This document shows positions 1 through 8,379 of a stretch of DNA of 64,000 nt, piece after piece. This stretch comes from Thermoanaerobacteraceae bacterium (GTDB taxonomy: Bacteria > Bacillota > Thermoanaerobacteria > Thermoanaerobacterales > Thermoanaerobacteraceae). Under the pieces are notes generated by a model that did no database searches, was not told the origin of the DNA, and worked only from the letters and a program-made list of their open reading frames with translations. Positions within the stretch are counted from its first letter, which is position 1; each line of letters starts with the position of its first letter. A program made the position numbers and the translations under genes. The stretch spans positions 17,860-81,859 of the forward strand of contig JBNAVY010000003.1 of assembly GCA_049700195.1 (NCBI GenBank). Reading direction: 5' to 3'.

Positions 1-56
1 ATATGATAAAATATTATTGTATGAAGTTATTACTTACGTGTAGGAGGAATTGTAAA

Positions 57-806
57 ATGTATATTCTTATTACAAATGATGATGGAGTACAGGCAGAGGG
101 CATATTAAATCTGGCAGAATTTCTTAAAAAGGATTATAACACAACAGTCGTTGCTCCAGAAAGAGAAAGAAGTGCTGTTGGTCATGCAATAACTTTACAT
201 AAACCTTTAAGATTAAATATGATTAAAAGTGAGGAAAATTTAAATATTTATTCAGTAAATGGGACTCCTTCTGACTGTGTAAAATTAGGTATAGAGGTGG
301 TGCTAAAAAAAAGGCCTGATATAGTAATATCAGGTATAAATAACGGTTTTAACTTGGGAACAGATATACTTTATTCCGGAACAGTATCTGCAGCTGTTGA
401 AGCTGCAATATACGGTATACCTTCAATTGCAGTATCACTGTCAGAAAATGCAGATATAAAAGAGCCTAAAATTTACAGTTTTTTAAATATGCTTATTCAA
501 AATATAATTTCAAAAGGTATTCCAAAACATACATTGTTAAATATAAATATTCCAGAAAATATAAAAGGTATAAAAGCAACATTGTTAGGAAAAAGAATAT
601 ATATAGAAACATTTCAGAAAAATTTTGATCCAAGGGGAAAAGAATATTACTGGATGGCTGGTAAAATTGCAGAAAGTGATAATAATGAAAAAACAGATAT
701 CATTTCTGTTAAAAATGGTTACATATCAATAACACCGATACATTTTGACTTAACAAGATATGATATGATAGATACTATAAATTCATGGGATTTAACCTTG
801 AAGTAG
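57..806 (+). CDS. surE: 5'/3'-nucleotidase SurE
   Basis: ORF 3..806; ILITNDDG, SGINNGFNLG and YSGTVSAA motifs of the SurE family; AGGAGG at 43-48 favours ATG 57 over in-frame upstream ATGs. Confidence 0.9.
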   Translation: MYILITNDDGVQAEGILNLAEFLKKDYNTTVVAPERERSAVGHAITLHKPLRLNMIKSEENLNIYSVNGTPSDCVKLGIEVVLKKRPDIVISGINNGFNLGTDILYSGTVSAAVEAAIYGIPSIAVSLSENADIKEPKIYSFLNMLIQNIISKGIPKHTLLNINIPENIKGIKATLLGKRIYIETFQKNFDPRGKEYYWMAGKIAESDNNEKTDIISVKNGYISITPIHFDLTRYDMIDTINSWDLTLK

Positions 807-876
807 ATATTTTAATATTTATTAATGATGCAATTATTGTATCAAAAATATTCATGATTTTTTTACTTCATTTTTT

Positions 877-903
877 GAAGGATTTTTTATTTTTATATAG
901 AAT
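877..903 (+). promoter_or_regulatory. kor operon promoter, GAAGGATTT-N11-ATAGAAT (sigma-H-like; also readable as sigma-A TTGAAG-17-TAGAAT)
   Basis: Motif read directly; 35 nt upstream of the korD TTG start; near-identical copy upstream of gdh (4516-4542). Confidence 0.5.
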
Positions 904-938
904 ATATAGAAATATAATATAAATATGAAGGTGATAAT

Positions 939-1139
939 TTGGTTAAAAATAACAAAAAAATAATAATAAACAAAGATTGGTGCAAAGGTTGTGGGATTTG
1001 TGTTGAGTTCTGTCCTGTAAACGTTTTGGCTATAAAAGATGAAAAGGTAGAATTGTTAGATGAAGATAAATGCACTAAATGTGGTTTATGTGAACTTAGA
1101 TGCCCTGATTTTGCAATATATTTAGAGGTGATAGAATAA
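939..1139 (+). CDS. korD: 2-oxoacid (probably 2-oxoglutarate):ferredoxin oxidoreductase, delta (4Fe-4S ferredoxin) subunit
   Basis: 66 aa; two CxxCxxCxxxCP clusters (CKGCGICVEFCP, CTKCGLCELRCP); TTG start after AAGGTGA; stop overlaps korA ATG (TAATG). Confidence 0.8.
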   Translation: MVKNNKKIIINKDWCKGCGICVEFCPVNVLAIKDEKVELLDEDKCTKCGLCELRCPDFAIYLEVIE

Positions 1140-2263
1140 TGACTACAACTTTAATGCAAGGCAATGAAGCTGTTGTAAGCGCGGCCCTTAAAGCAGGTTT
1201 AAAATTTTATGCTGGTTATCCAATAACACCATCTACAGAGATTGCTGAACTATGTTCAGAAAAACTCCCTTTAGTTGGAGGCAAATTTATACAGATGGAA
1301 GACGAAATTGCCAGTATGGCGGCTATAATAGGTGCTTCTTTAACAGGTATTAAATCAATGACTGCTACCTCTGGTCCTGGTTTTTCACTGAAACAGGAAA
1401 ATATTGGGTTTGCAGCTATGGCTGAAGTACCTTGTGTAATAATTGATGTTCAAAGAACTGGCCCTAGTACTGGAATGCCAACATCACCTGGGCAAGGAGA
1501 TGTAATGCAATCTAGATGGGGAACCCATGGTGATCATCCGATAATTGTTATTTCTCCATCATCAGTTAAAGAAACATATTTTGCAACTGTTAAGGCTTTT
1601 AACTATGCAGAAAAGTATAGGACTCCTGTTATACTTTTAATGGATGAAGTGATAGGCCATTTAAGAGAAGCCGTAGATCTTAACGAGTTTGAAAATCTAG
1701 AAATTATAAATAGAAAAACTCCTGAGTCAAAAGAAAATTATTTACCATTTGAAAATATAAAAGATGGTACAGCACCACTTGCACCCTTTGGAACAGGCTT
1801 TAGATTTCATGTTACTGGTTTATCTCACAATGAAAAAGGATACCCTACGAATAATACTGAAGTTACTGAAAAATTAATGCAAAGACTTTTAGATAAAATA
1901 GAAAATAATAAAGATGATATTTGTATTTCAGAAGAAGTAAATACTGATGGAGGAGATGTTCTTATAGTTTCTTTTGGTTCATCTGCAAGAGCAAGTAAAG
2001 CAGCTATGGAAATCCTAAAAACGGAAAATATTAAAGTAGGACTATTCCGTCCTATAACAATTTGGCCTTTCCCTGAGAAAAAGTTAAAAGAAATATATAA
2101 ATCATTCAAAAAAATTTTTGTTGTAGAAATGAATGCAGGCCAACTTTTTTACGAAATTGATCGTATAGTTAAAGGTAATATACCAGTTTTAAAAATAAAT
2201 AAATTTAATGGAGAGTATTTTACTCCAGAGTTTATAGCACAAAAAATAAAGGAGAGTTTATAA
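1139..2263 (+). CDS. korA: 2-oxoacid (probably 2-oxoglutarate):ferredoxin oxidoreductase, alpha subunit
   Basis: 374 aa; N-terminal MQGNEAVV...AGYPITPSTEI core-domain signature of pyruvate/2-oxoacid:ferredoxin oxidoreductases; delta-alpha-beta-gamma gene order; substrate inferred only from adjacent gdh. Confidence 0.8.
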   Translation: MTTTLMQGNEAVVSAALKAGLKFYAGYPITPSTEIAELCSEKLPLVGGKFIQMEDEIASMAAIIGASLTGIKSMTATSGPGFSLKQENIGFAAMAEVPCVIIDVQRTGPSTGMPTSPGQGDVMQSRWGTHGDHPIIVISPSSVKETYFATVKAFNYAEKYRTPVILLMDEVIGHLREAVDLNEFENLEIINRKTPESKENYLPFENIKDGTAPLAPFGTGFRFHVTGLSHNEKGYPTNNTEVTEKLMQRLLDKIENNKDDICISEEVNTDGGDVLIVSFGSSARASKAAMEILKTENIKVGLFRPITIWPFPEKKLKEIYKSFKKIFVVEMNAGQLFYEIDRIVKGNIPVLKINKFNGEYFTPEFIAQKIKESL

Positions 2264-3088
2264 ATGGCATCTCAATTAATTGAAAAATATTTTAGAACAG
2301 ATACTCTGCCAAATATTTGGTGCCCTGGTTGCAGTAATGGTATTGTTACATCAGCTATTGTAAGAGCAATAGATAATCTTAAACTCGATCAGAATAAAGT
2401 TTGTATTGTTTCAGGTATTGGGTGTTCTTCAAGAGCAAGTGGATATCTTGATTTTGATACATTACACACAACCCATGGACGAGCATTAGCTTTTGCAACA
2501 GGCATAAAACTTGCTAATCCAGAACTGACTGTAATAGTAATAACTGGTGATGGCGATAATGCGTCAATAGGAGGCAACCATTTTATTCACGCTTGTAGAA
2601 GAAACATTGATATAACAGCAATTATGTATAACAATAGTATATATGGTATGACAGGCGGACAATATTCTCCAACAACACCCCGATTTGATAAGGCAACTAC
2701 TGCTCCATATGGAAACATAGACAGATACTTTAATATATGTGGCCTAGCAGAAGCCGCCGGTGCGACATATGTGGCAAGAGGTACTGCTTACCATACTACT
2801 CAGTTAATAAAATTACTTGAAAATGCTATATCTCATAAAGGTTTTTCTTTTGTAGAAGCTGTAAGCATATGTCCGACATATTATGGCAGAAAAAATAAAA
2901 AGGGTAATCCTGCAAATATGTTAAAATGGCAAAGAGATCATGCTGTAAATATAAAACAAATTGATAAATTGTCACAAGAAGACTTAAAAGATAAGTTTAT
3001 TATTGGAGAATTTGTTAATAAAGATGAACCAGAATTCACAGAAGAATATCAAAAGATGATTGAAAATCTAAGGACGGTGTTAAAATGA
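2264..3088 (+). CDS. korB: 2-oxoacid:ferredoxin oxidoreductase, beta (TPP-binding) subunit
   Basis: 274 aa; CPGC near N-terminus; TPP-binding GDGD..IGGNH motif. Confidence 0.85.
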   Translation: MASQLIEKYFRTDTLPNIWCPGCSNGIVTSAIVRAIDNLKLDQNKVCIVSGIGCSSRASGYLDFDTLHTTHGRALAFATGIKLANPELTVIVITGDGDNASIGGNHFIHACRRNIDITAIMYNNSIYGMTGGQYSPTTPRFDKATTAPYGNIDRYFNICGLAEAAGATYVARGTAYHTTQLIKLLENAISHKGFSFVEAVSICPTYYGRKNKKGNPANMLKWQRDHAVNIKQIDKLSQEDLKDKFIIGEFVNKDEPEFTEEYQKMIENLRTVLK

Positions 3089-3633
3089 ATTTGCTTACAG
3101 AAATAAGATTAGGAGGTTCTGGTGGGCAGGGATTAATACTTGCAGGTATAATTCTAGCTGAAGCTGCCATATTAGACGGTAAAAACAGTATTCAGACCCA
3201 ATCCTATGGCCCTGAAGCAAGGGGTGGTTCTAGTAAAGCAGAGGTAATAATTAGCAATGAACCAATACTTTATCCAAAAGTTATAAAACCAGATATTTTA
3301 TTAGCACTTGCAAAACAGGCATATCTATATTATAACAATGACGTTAAGAAAAATGGAATTATAATAGTTGATGATTCAATAAATACATTTGAATCTGACA
3401 ATCATAAAATTATAAAGCTTCCTATAATTCATACTGCACAAAATGTAATTGGTAAATCATTTGTTGCAAATATAATTTCTTTAGGAGTCCTAGTTGAACT
3501 TACTAAAGTAGTTACAAAAAAATCCTTAGAGAAAGCTGTTTTAAATAGAGTCCCTCCTGGAACAGAGGAACTTAACAAAAGTGCTTTAGAAACAGGATAT
3601 AGTTTAGTAATAAATTATAAGAGGAGTAATTAA
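3085..3633 (+). CDS. korC: 2-oxoacid:ferredoxin oxidoreductase, gamma subunit
   Basis: 182 aa; GGSGGQG motif; ATGA overlap with korB. Confidence 0.85.
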   Translation: MNLLTEIRLGGSGGQGLILAGIILAEAAILDGKNSIQTQSYGPEARGGSSKAEVIISNEPILYPKVIKPDILLALAKQAYLYYNNDVKKNGIIIVDDSINTFESDNHKIIKLPIIHTAQNVIGKSFVANIISLGVLVELTKVVTKKSLEKAVLNRVPPGTEELNKSALETGYSLVINYKRSN

Positions 3634-3634
3634 A

Positions 3635-4498
3635 ATGAAAAAAAGTGAAGATTTAATTAAAAGAATCCAGGATAATTATACAAAATTAAGCAAAAGTCAA
3701 AAAATAATTGCTGAATATATAATTAATCACTATGATAAAGCTGCATTTATGACTGCTGCAAAATTAGGATCGAGCATTAATATAAGTGAATCTACTGTTG
3801 TTAGATTTGCAAATACATTAGGATATGATGGTTATCCTGAACTTCAAAACTCTCTTCAAGAACTTATTAAAAATAAATTGACAACAGTACAAAGATTAGA
3901 AATGACTGATAGGACTGATGAGGTAACAATTCTCAACAATGTATTAAAATCCGATATAGAAAATATAAAAGAAACAATAAATGAAATAAATAAGGATTCT
4001 TTTAAAAAAGTTGTTTCAGATATCTTATCCTCAAAAAAAATTTATATAATGGGTTCTAGAAGTTCAATAGCTATTGCGGAATATCTTGGTTTCTATTTAA
4101 ACTTAATATTAGAAAATGTAGTTGTAGTGAAACCAGGAATTTCAGATGTTTTTGAACAAATGTTACGAGTTAATAATGAAGATCTTGTAATAGGTATTGG
4201 TTTCCCTCGTTATTCAAAAAGGACTTTAGAAGTATTAAAATATGCAAAATCACAAAATGCAAAAGTGGTAACTATTACTGACAGTCTTATATCACCTTTA
4301 ACTTCTGTTGCTGATGAAATACTTATTGCTAAAAGTAATATGGCTTCATTTGTAGACTCTTTAGTCGCCCCTCTGAGTCTTGTAAATGCTTTAATTGTTG
4401 CTATTGGAATGAAAGAAAGAGATAAGGTTTCTGAAACCTTTGATAAGCTAGAAAATATATGGGACGAATATGGAGTATATTTATCAAAATTATCATAA
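3635..4498 (+). CDS. MurR/RpiR-family transcriptional regulator (HTH + SIS domain)
   Basis: 287 aa; N-terminal HTH (ESTVVRFANTLGYDGY) and C-terminal SIS-type domain; ATG 1 nt after korC stop, so same transcript. Confidence 0.8.
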   Translation: MKKSEDLIKRIQDNYTKLSKSQKIIAEYIINHYDKAAFMTAAKLGSSINISESTVVRFANTLGYDGYPELQNSLQELIKNKLTTVQRLEMTDRTDEVTILNNVLKSDIENIKETINEINKDSFKKVVSDILSSKKIYIMGSRSSIAIAEYLGFYLNLILENVVVVKPGISDVFEQMLRVNNEDLVIGIGFPRYSKRTLEVLKYAKSQNAKVVTITDSLISPLTSVADEILIAKSNMASFVDSLVAPLSLVNALIVAIGMKERDKVSETFDKLENIWDEYGVYLSKLS

Positions 4499-4515
4499 GA
4501 TATATTAAATTTTTT

Positions 4516-4542
4516 GAAGGATTATTATAAAATTTGTAGAAT
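4516..4542 (+). promoter_or_regulatory. gdh promoter, GAAGGATTA-N11-GTAGAAT (sigma-H-like; also TTGAAG-17-TAGAAT)
   Basis: Motif read directly; 63 nt upstream of gdh ATG; shares an identical 15-mer and 11-mer with the kor promoter. Confidence 0.5.
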
Positions 4543-4605
4543 ATATAAATATGTAAACATTTTTTTAGTAAAAATTTTTAATTATATTTTAGGAGGAAAA
4601 TAAAC

Positions 4606-5856
4606 ATGTCAAAAGAAACTTTAAATCCATTAGCAATTGCACAAAGACAGGTTAAAAATGCCTGTGACCTTTTAGGCCTTGATAAGTCAGTTTATGAACT
4701 TTTAAAAGAACCAATGAGGGTATTAGAAGTATCTATTCCTGTTCAGATGGATGATGGCTCAATAAGAGTATTTAAAGGTTATAGAGCTCAACATAATGAT
4801 GCAATTGGGCCAACAAAAGGAGGAATAAGATTTCATCCTGATGTAACACTTGATGAAGTAAAAGCTTTATCTACATGGATGACGTTTAAGTGCGGAGTTG
4901 TTGGAATACCATATGGCGGAGCCAAAGGTGGCGTTGTTGTAAACCCTAAAGAATTATCAAATGATGAGCTTCAAAGATTAAGCAGAGGTTATATTAGAGC
5001 AATTATGAGCATTATTGGACCTTATAAAGATATTCCAGCACCAGATGTAAATACAAATATGCAGATAATGTCATGGATGATTGATGAATATAGTAAAATA
5101 GTTGGTTACAATAGTCCTGGTGTTATTACAGGAAAACCAATTATTTTGGGTGGTTCACAAGGTAGAACAGCAGCTACAGGTTATGGTGTTGCTTTAATGG
5201 CTCGTGAAGCTGTAAAACGATTGCATTTGGATTTTAAAAATTCTACAGTAGCAGTACAAGGTTTTGGAAATGTAGGCAGTTTTACTGCACTTAACTTTCA
5301 CAAACTAGGTGCAAAAGTAATTGCAATAAGTGATGTTTATGGTGGAATATACAATAAAAACGGTATTGATGTTGAAAAACTTATTACTCATGTTAATAAA
5401 ACAGGAACAGTGTGTGATTTTGAAGGTACAACAAGTATTTCAAATGATGATTTACTTCAGGCTGATGTAGATATATTAGCTCTTGCTGCATTAGAAAACC
5501 AAATAACTTCAGTTAATGCTAATGCTGTAAAAGCAAAAATAATTTGTGAAGGAGCAAATGGCCCAACGACACCTGATGCTGATAAAATTTTATTTGAAAA
5601 AGGAATTCTAGTAGTACCAGATATTTTAGCAAATTCAGGAGGAGTAACTGTTTCATATTTTGAATGGGTACAAAACTTAATGAATTATTATTGGACTGAA
5701 AAAGAAGTAGAAGAAAAACAAGAAGCACTAATGGTAAATGCTTTTAATGCTATAGAAAAACTGGCTTCTCAATATAAAACTGATATGAGAACAGCAGCAT
5801 ATATGATTTCTATAAAAAGAGTCTATGAGGCAATGAAATTAAGAGGTTGGGTATAA
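4606..5856 (+). CDS. gdh: Glutamate dehydrogenase (RocG/GudB/GluD-like)
   Basis: 416 aa; GGIRFHP, catalytic-lysine box GIPYGGAKGG, Rossmann GFGNVG. Confidence 0.92.
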   Translation: MSKETLNPLAIAQRQVKNACDLLGLDKSVYELLKEPMRVLEVSIPVQMDDGSIRVFKGYRAQHNDAIGPTKGGIRFHPDVTLDEVKALSTWMTFKCGVVGIPYGGAKGGVVVNPKELSNDELQRLSRGYIRAIMSIIGPYKDIPAPDVNTNMQIMSWMIDEYSKIVGYNSPGVITGKPIILGGSQGRTAATGYGVALMAREAVKRLHLDFKNSTVAVQGFGNVGSFTALNFHKLGAKVIAISDVYGGIYNKNGIDVEKLITHVNKTGTVCDFEGTTSISNDDLLQADVDILALAALENQITSVNANAVKAKIICEGANGPTTPDADKILFEKGILVVPDILANSGGVTVSYFEWVQNLMNYYWTEKEVEEKQEALMVNAFNAIEKLASQYKTDMRTAAYMISIKRVYEAMKLRGWV

Positions 5857-5881
5857 GGTCTTCATTGAAGGCCTTTTTTTT
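5856..5881 (+). terminator. Rho-independent terminator of gdh
   Basis: AGGTCTTC-att-GAAGGCCT (8 bp incl. one G-U) followed by T8. Confidence 0.75.
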
Positions 5882-5893
5882 ATGTGATAAAAT
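5865..5893 (+). promoter_or_regulatory. Candidate sigma-A promoter TTGAAG-17-TAAAAT with TG extension (TGaTAAAAT)
   Basis: Read directly; embedded in the gdh terminator, 48 nt upstream of ATG 5941. Confidence 0.4.
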
Positions 5894-5940
5894 ATATAAA
5901 GCAAATAAAAAGTTAATTTATTTTTAAGGAGGTCTTTATA

Positions 5941-6561
5941 ATGACCCGTCTATATATTGTAAGACATGGCCAATCAGAATGGAATTTATATAATAAAATG
6001 CAAGGTACTAAAAACACAAATCTTTCGGAACTAGGTATAAAACAGGCACATCTTCTTGCTGACAGGTTAAGTAATTTTGACATTGATTATATATATACCA
6101 GTGATTTAAACAGAGCTTATGAAACAGCTAAAATTATTGCTGAACATAACAACAAAGAGGTAAAAAAACTAACCGAATTAAGAGAAATGTCATTCGGTAT
6201 ATGGGAAGGTTTAACAAGTAATGAAATAAATAAATTATATAAAGATCTATATGAATTATGGAAAACAAGTCCTGAAAAAGTTAAAATTGAAAAGGCTGAA
6301 ACTCTGGAAGTTGTACAGAAAAGAATTGTAAATAGTGTAAAAAAAATAATAAAAGAAAATCCAAACAAAAACATTTTAATAGTTTCTCATGGTACTTCGA
6401 TAAAAGCATTAATACTTGGACTTTTAGGTATAGAATTGCATTTTTATACAAAAATAAGACTTGACAATACTTCTTTGAGTATTATAGATATAAAAGATGA
6501 TGGAAAAGCTGTATTAACTTTATTAAATGATACATGCCATTTAAGGAGCGATAAAAATTGA
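5941..6561 (+). CDS. Histidine phosphatase family protein (phosphoglycerate mutase/CobC-like)
   Basis: 206 aa; catalytic RHGQSEWN and downstream SHG motif. Confidence 0.85.
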   Translation: MTRLYIVRHGQSEWNLYNKMQGTKNTNLSELGIKQAHLLADRLSNFDIDYIYTSDLNRAYETAKIIAEHNNKEVKKLTELREMSFGIWEGLTSNEINKLYKDLYELWKTSPEKVKIEKAETLEVVQKRIVNSVKKIIKENPNKNILIVSHGTSIKALILGLLGIELHFYTKIRLDNTSLSIIDIKDDGKAVLTLLNDTCHLRSDKN

Positions 6562-7778
6562 AAAAAGTATTTATAATAGGTGGCGGCCCTGCAGGTATGA
6601 TGGCTGCAATAGCTGCATCCAATAATAATAAAGATGTTACGATATTTGAAAAAAATAATACATTAGGTAAAAAGCTGTTAATAACAGGTAAAGGTAGATG
6701 TAATATAACAAATGACTGCGAAAAAGAAGAATTTTTTGATAATATACCAGGTAACGGAAAGTTTTTATACAGTTCTTTTTCAAAATTTTCCAATAAAGAT
6801 TTAATTGCTTTTATGAATAATAATGGATTAAAAACTAAAACTGAACGTGGTAAAAGGGTTTTCCCTATTTCAGATAAATCTTCTGATGTAAAAGAATTTT
6901 TTATAAAAATTCTAAATAAAAATAACGTAAAAATAAAGCTTAATACATCCGTAAGTGAAATAATATCTAAAAATAATGTTGTTGAAGGGATAATAGCAAA
7001 TGACGAATTTTTACCTTGTGACAGCGTTATATTAACAACTGGTGGATTATCTTATCCAGTAACAGGCAGCACTGGTGATGGCTATAAAATAGCAGAAAAA
7101 TTAGGTCATACGATAATAAAACAAAGACCTGCATTAGTCCCTCTGATTACACATGAAAATGTAAGAAGTCTTATGGGTCTTTCTTTAAAGAATGTTAAAG
7201 TAACAGCATATTCCGGAAATAAATTTATTAAAGATGAATTTGGCGAAATGCTGTTTACTCATTTTGGATTATCAGGTCCAGTAATTTTAACTTTAAGTCG
7301 TTATATATTAAAATATTTAGAAAAAGACAATGTAAAAATCCATATTGACCTAAAGCCAGCCTTACCATTAGAAATTTTAGATAAAAGAATTTTAAGAGAT
7401 TTTCAGAAATATATAAACAAAGATATAAAGAATGCTTTATCAGATTTACTTCCACAAACTCTTATACCTTACATAATAACCCTGTCTGGCATCGATAAAG
7501 AAAAAAAAATTAGAGATATCACTAAAAAAGAAAGATTGACACTCCTATACATTATAAAAAATTTAACTTTTCATATAAAAGATTTAAGACCTATGCAAGA
7601 AGCTATAGTAACTGCTGGCGGCGTATCTATAAAAGAAATAGATCCATCTACTTTAGAATCCAAAATTATAAAAGGACTTTTTTTTGCAGGAGAAATTATA
7701 GATGTAGATGGTTTAACAGGAGGCTTTAATCTTCAGATTGCTTTTTCTACAGGCTATGTAGCTGGAACAAATTCTTAA
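6558..7778 (+). CDS. NAD(P)/FAD-dependent oxidoreductase, HI0933/YhiN (BaiN-like) flavoprotein family
   Basis: 406 aa; GGGPAGMMAA dinucleotide fold; C-terminal GEIIDVDGLTGGFNLQ typical of the family; TTG start overlaps upstream stop (TTGA). Confidence 0.85.
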   Translation: MKKVFIIGGGPAGMMAAIAASNNNKDVTIFEKNNTLGKKLLITGKGRCNITNDCEKEEFFDNIPGNGKFLYSSFSKFSNKDLIAFMNNNGLKTKTERGKRVFPISDKSSDVKEFFIKILNKNNVKIKLNTSVSEIISKNNVVEGIIANDEFLPCDSVILTTGGLSYPVTGSTGDGYKIAEKLGHTIIKQRPALVPLITHENVRSLMGLSLKNVKVTAYSGNKFIKDEFGEMLFTHFGLSGPVILTLSRYILKYLEKDNVKIHIDLKPALPLEILDKRILRDFQKYINKDIKNALSDLLPQTLIPYIITLSGIDKEKKIRDITKKERLTLLYIIKNLTFHIKDLRPMQEAIVTAGGVSIKEIDPSTLESKIIKGLFFAGEIIDVDGLTGGFNLQIAFSTGYVAGTNS

Positions 7779-7803
7779 AATGCGGGTTTTCCGCATTTTT
7801 TTT
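7777..7803 (+). terminator. Rho-independent terminator
   Basis: AAAATGCGG-gtttt-CCGCATTTT perfect 9-bp stem plus T-run to 7803. Confidence 0.8.
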
Positions 7804-7842
7804 GTTTATTTGCATAATAATATAATTGAAAGGAGGATAAAA

Positions 7843-8301
7843 ATGGGTAAAAGAGTAAAAAGAAAAAAGTTAAATTATTTTAATGAAAATATAATAGCTG
7901 TGTTAATTTTTACTGGTCTTTTATTAATAGTATTAATACAATTTCTTATGACGGATGATAATATTAGATCCGCGTTAAATATGACTGAAAAAAATGAAGG
8001 GATCAGTTTAAACACTTATTTATCAGAGAAAGGTTATGTCACTATTGAAGTTATAGATAAAGAACAAGCAAAAAACTCATATATTTTAATAAATGGTGAG
8101 CCAATTGCAAATTTTACTAAAAAATTTGTAGAAATTGAAGTAAAACAAAATGAAATTTTAGAAATAGATAGCACAAAAGAATCAGAACCTATATATTTTA
8201 AAATAACGAACACATCGGATAATGTAATAGAACCCCAAAAGACTACCATCATTTACACAGATAAAAACATTAAAAAAATTTGTATGGTTGTTTTAAAGTA
8301 A
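7843..8301 (+). CDS. Hypothetical single-pass membrane protein
   Basis: 152 aa from ATG 7843 (AGGAGG 7831-7836); basic N-terminus, one hydrophobic helix (IIAVLIFTGLLLIVLIQFLM), no domain I recognise; track start 7780 lies inside the terminator hairpin. Confidence 0.6.
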   Translation: MGKRVKRKKLNYFNENIIAVLIFTGLLLIVLIQFLMTDDNIRSALNMTEKNEGISLNTYLSEKGYVTIEVIDKEQAKNSYILINGEPIANFTKKFVEIEVKQNEILEIDSTKESEPIYFKITNTSDNVIEPQKTTIIYTDKNIKKICMVVLK

Positions 8302-8307
8302 AATATA

Positions 8308-8336
8308 TTGTTATAAAAACAAATATACTATATAAT
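8308..8336 (+). promoter_or_regulatory. Candidate sigma-A promoter TTGTTA-17-TATAAT for aroH-cmk
   Basis: Hexamers and 17-nt spacer read directly; 43 nt upstream of the aroH start. Confidence 0.45.
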
Positions 8337-8379
8337 ATTTAAAAGAACAATTACCAAGATAAAGAAAGGAGAATGAACT

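Noticed and set aside
3-56. N-terminal extensions in track ORFs (surE 3-56, 7780-7842, ispH 9962-9994, rnhA 21413-21460, dapG 42442-42501, ymxH 42802-42831, ylxR 53692-53739, infB 53105-53122)
   Set aside because: Downstream ATG/GTG codons have proper SD spacing and give canonical N-termini. The extensions overlap upstream genes or terminator hairpins.
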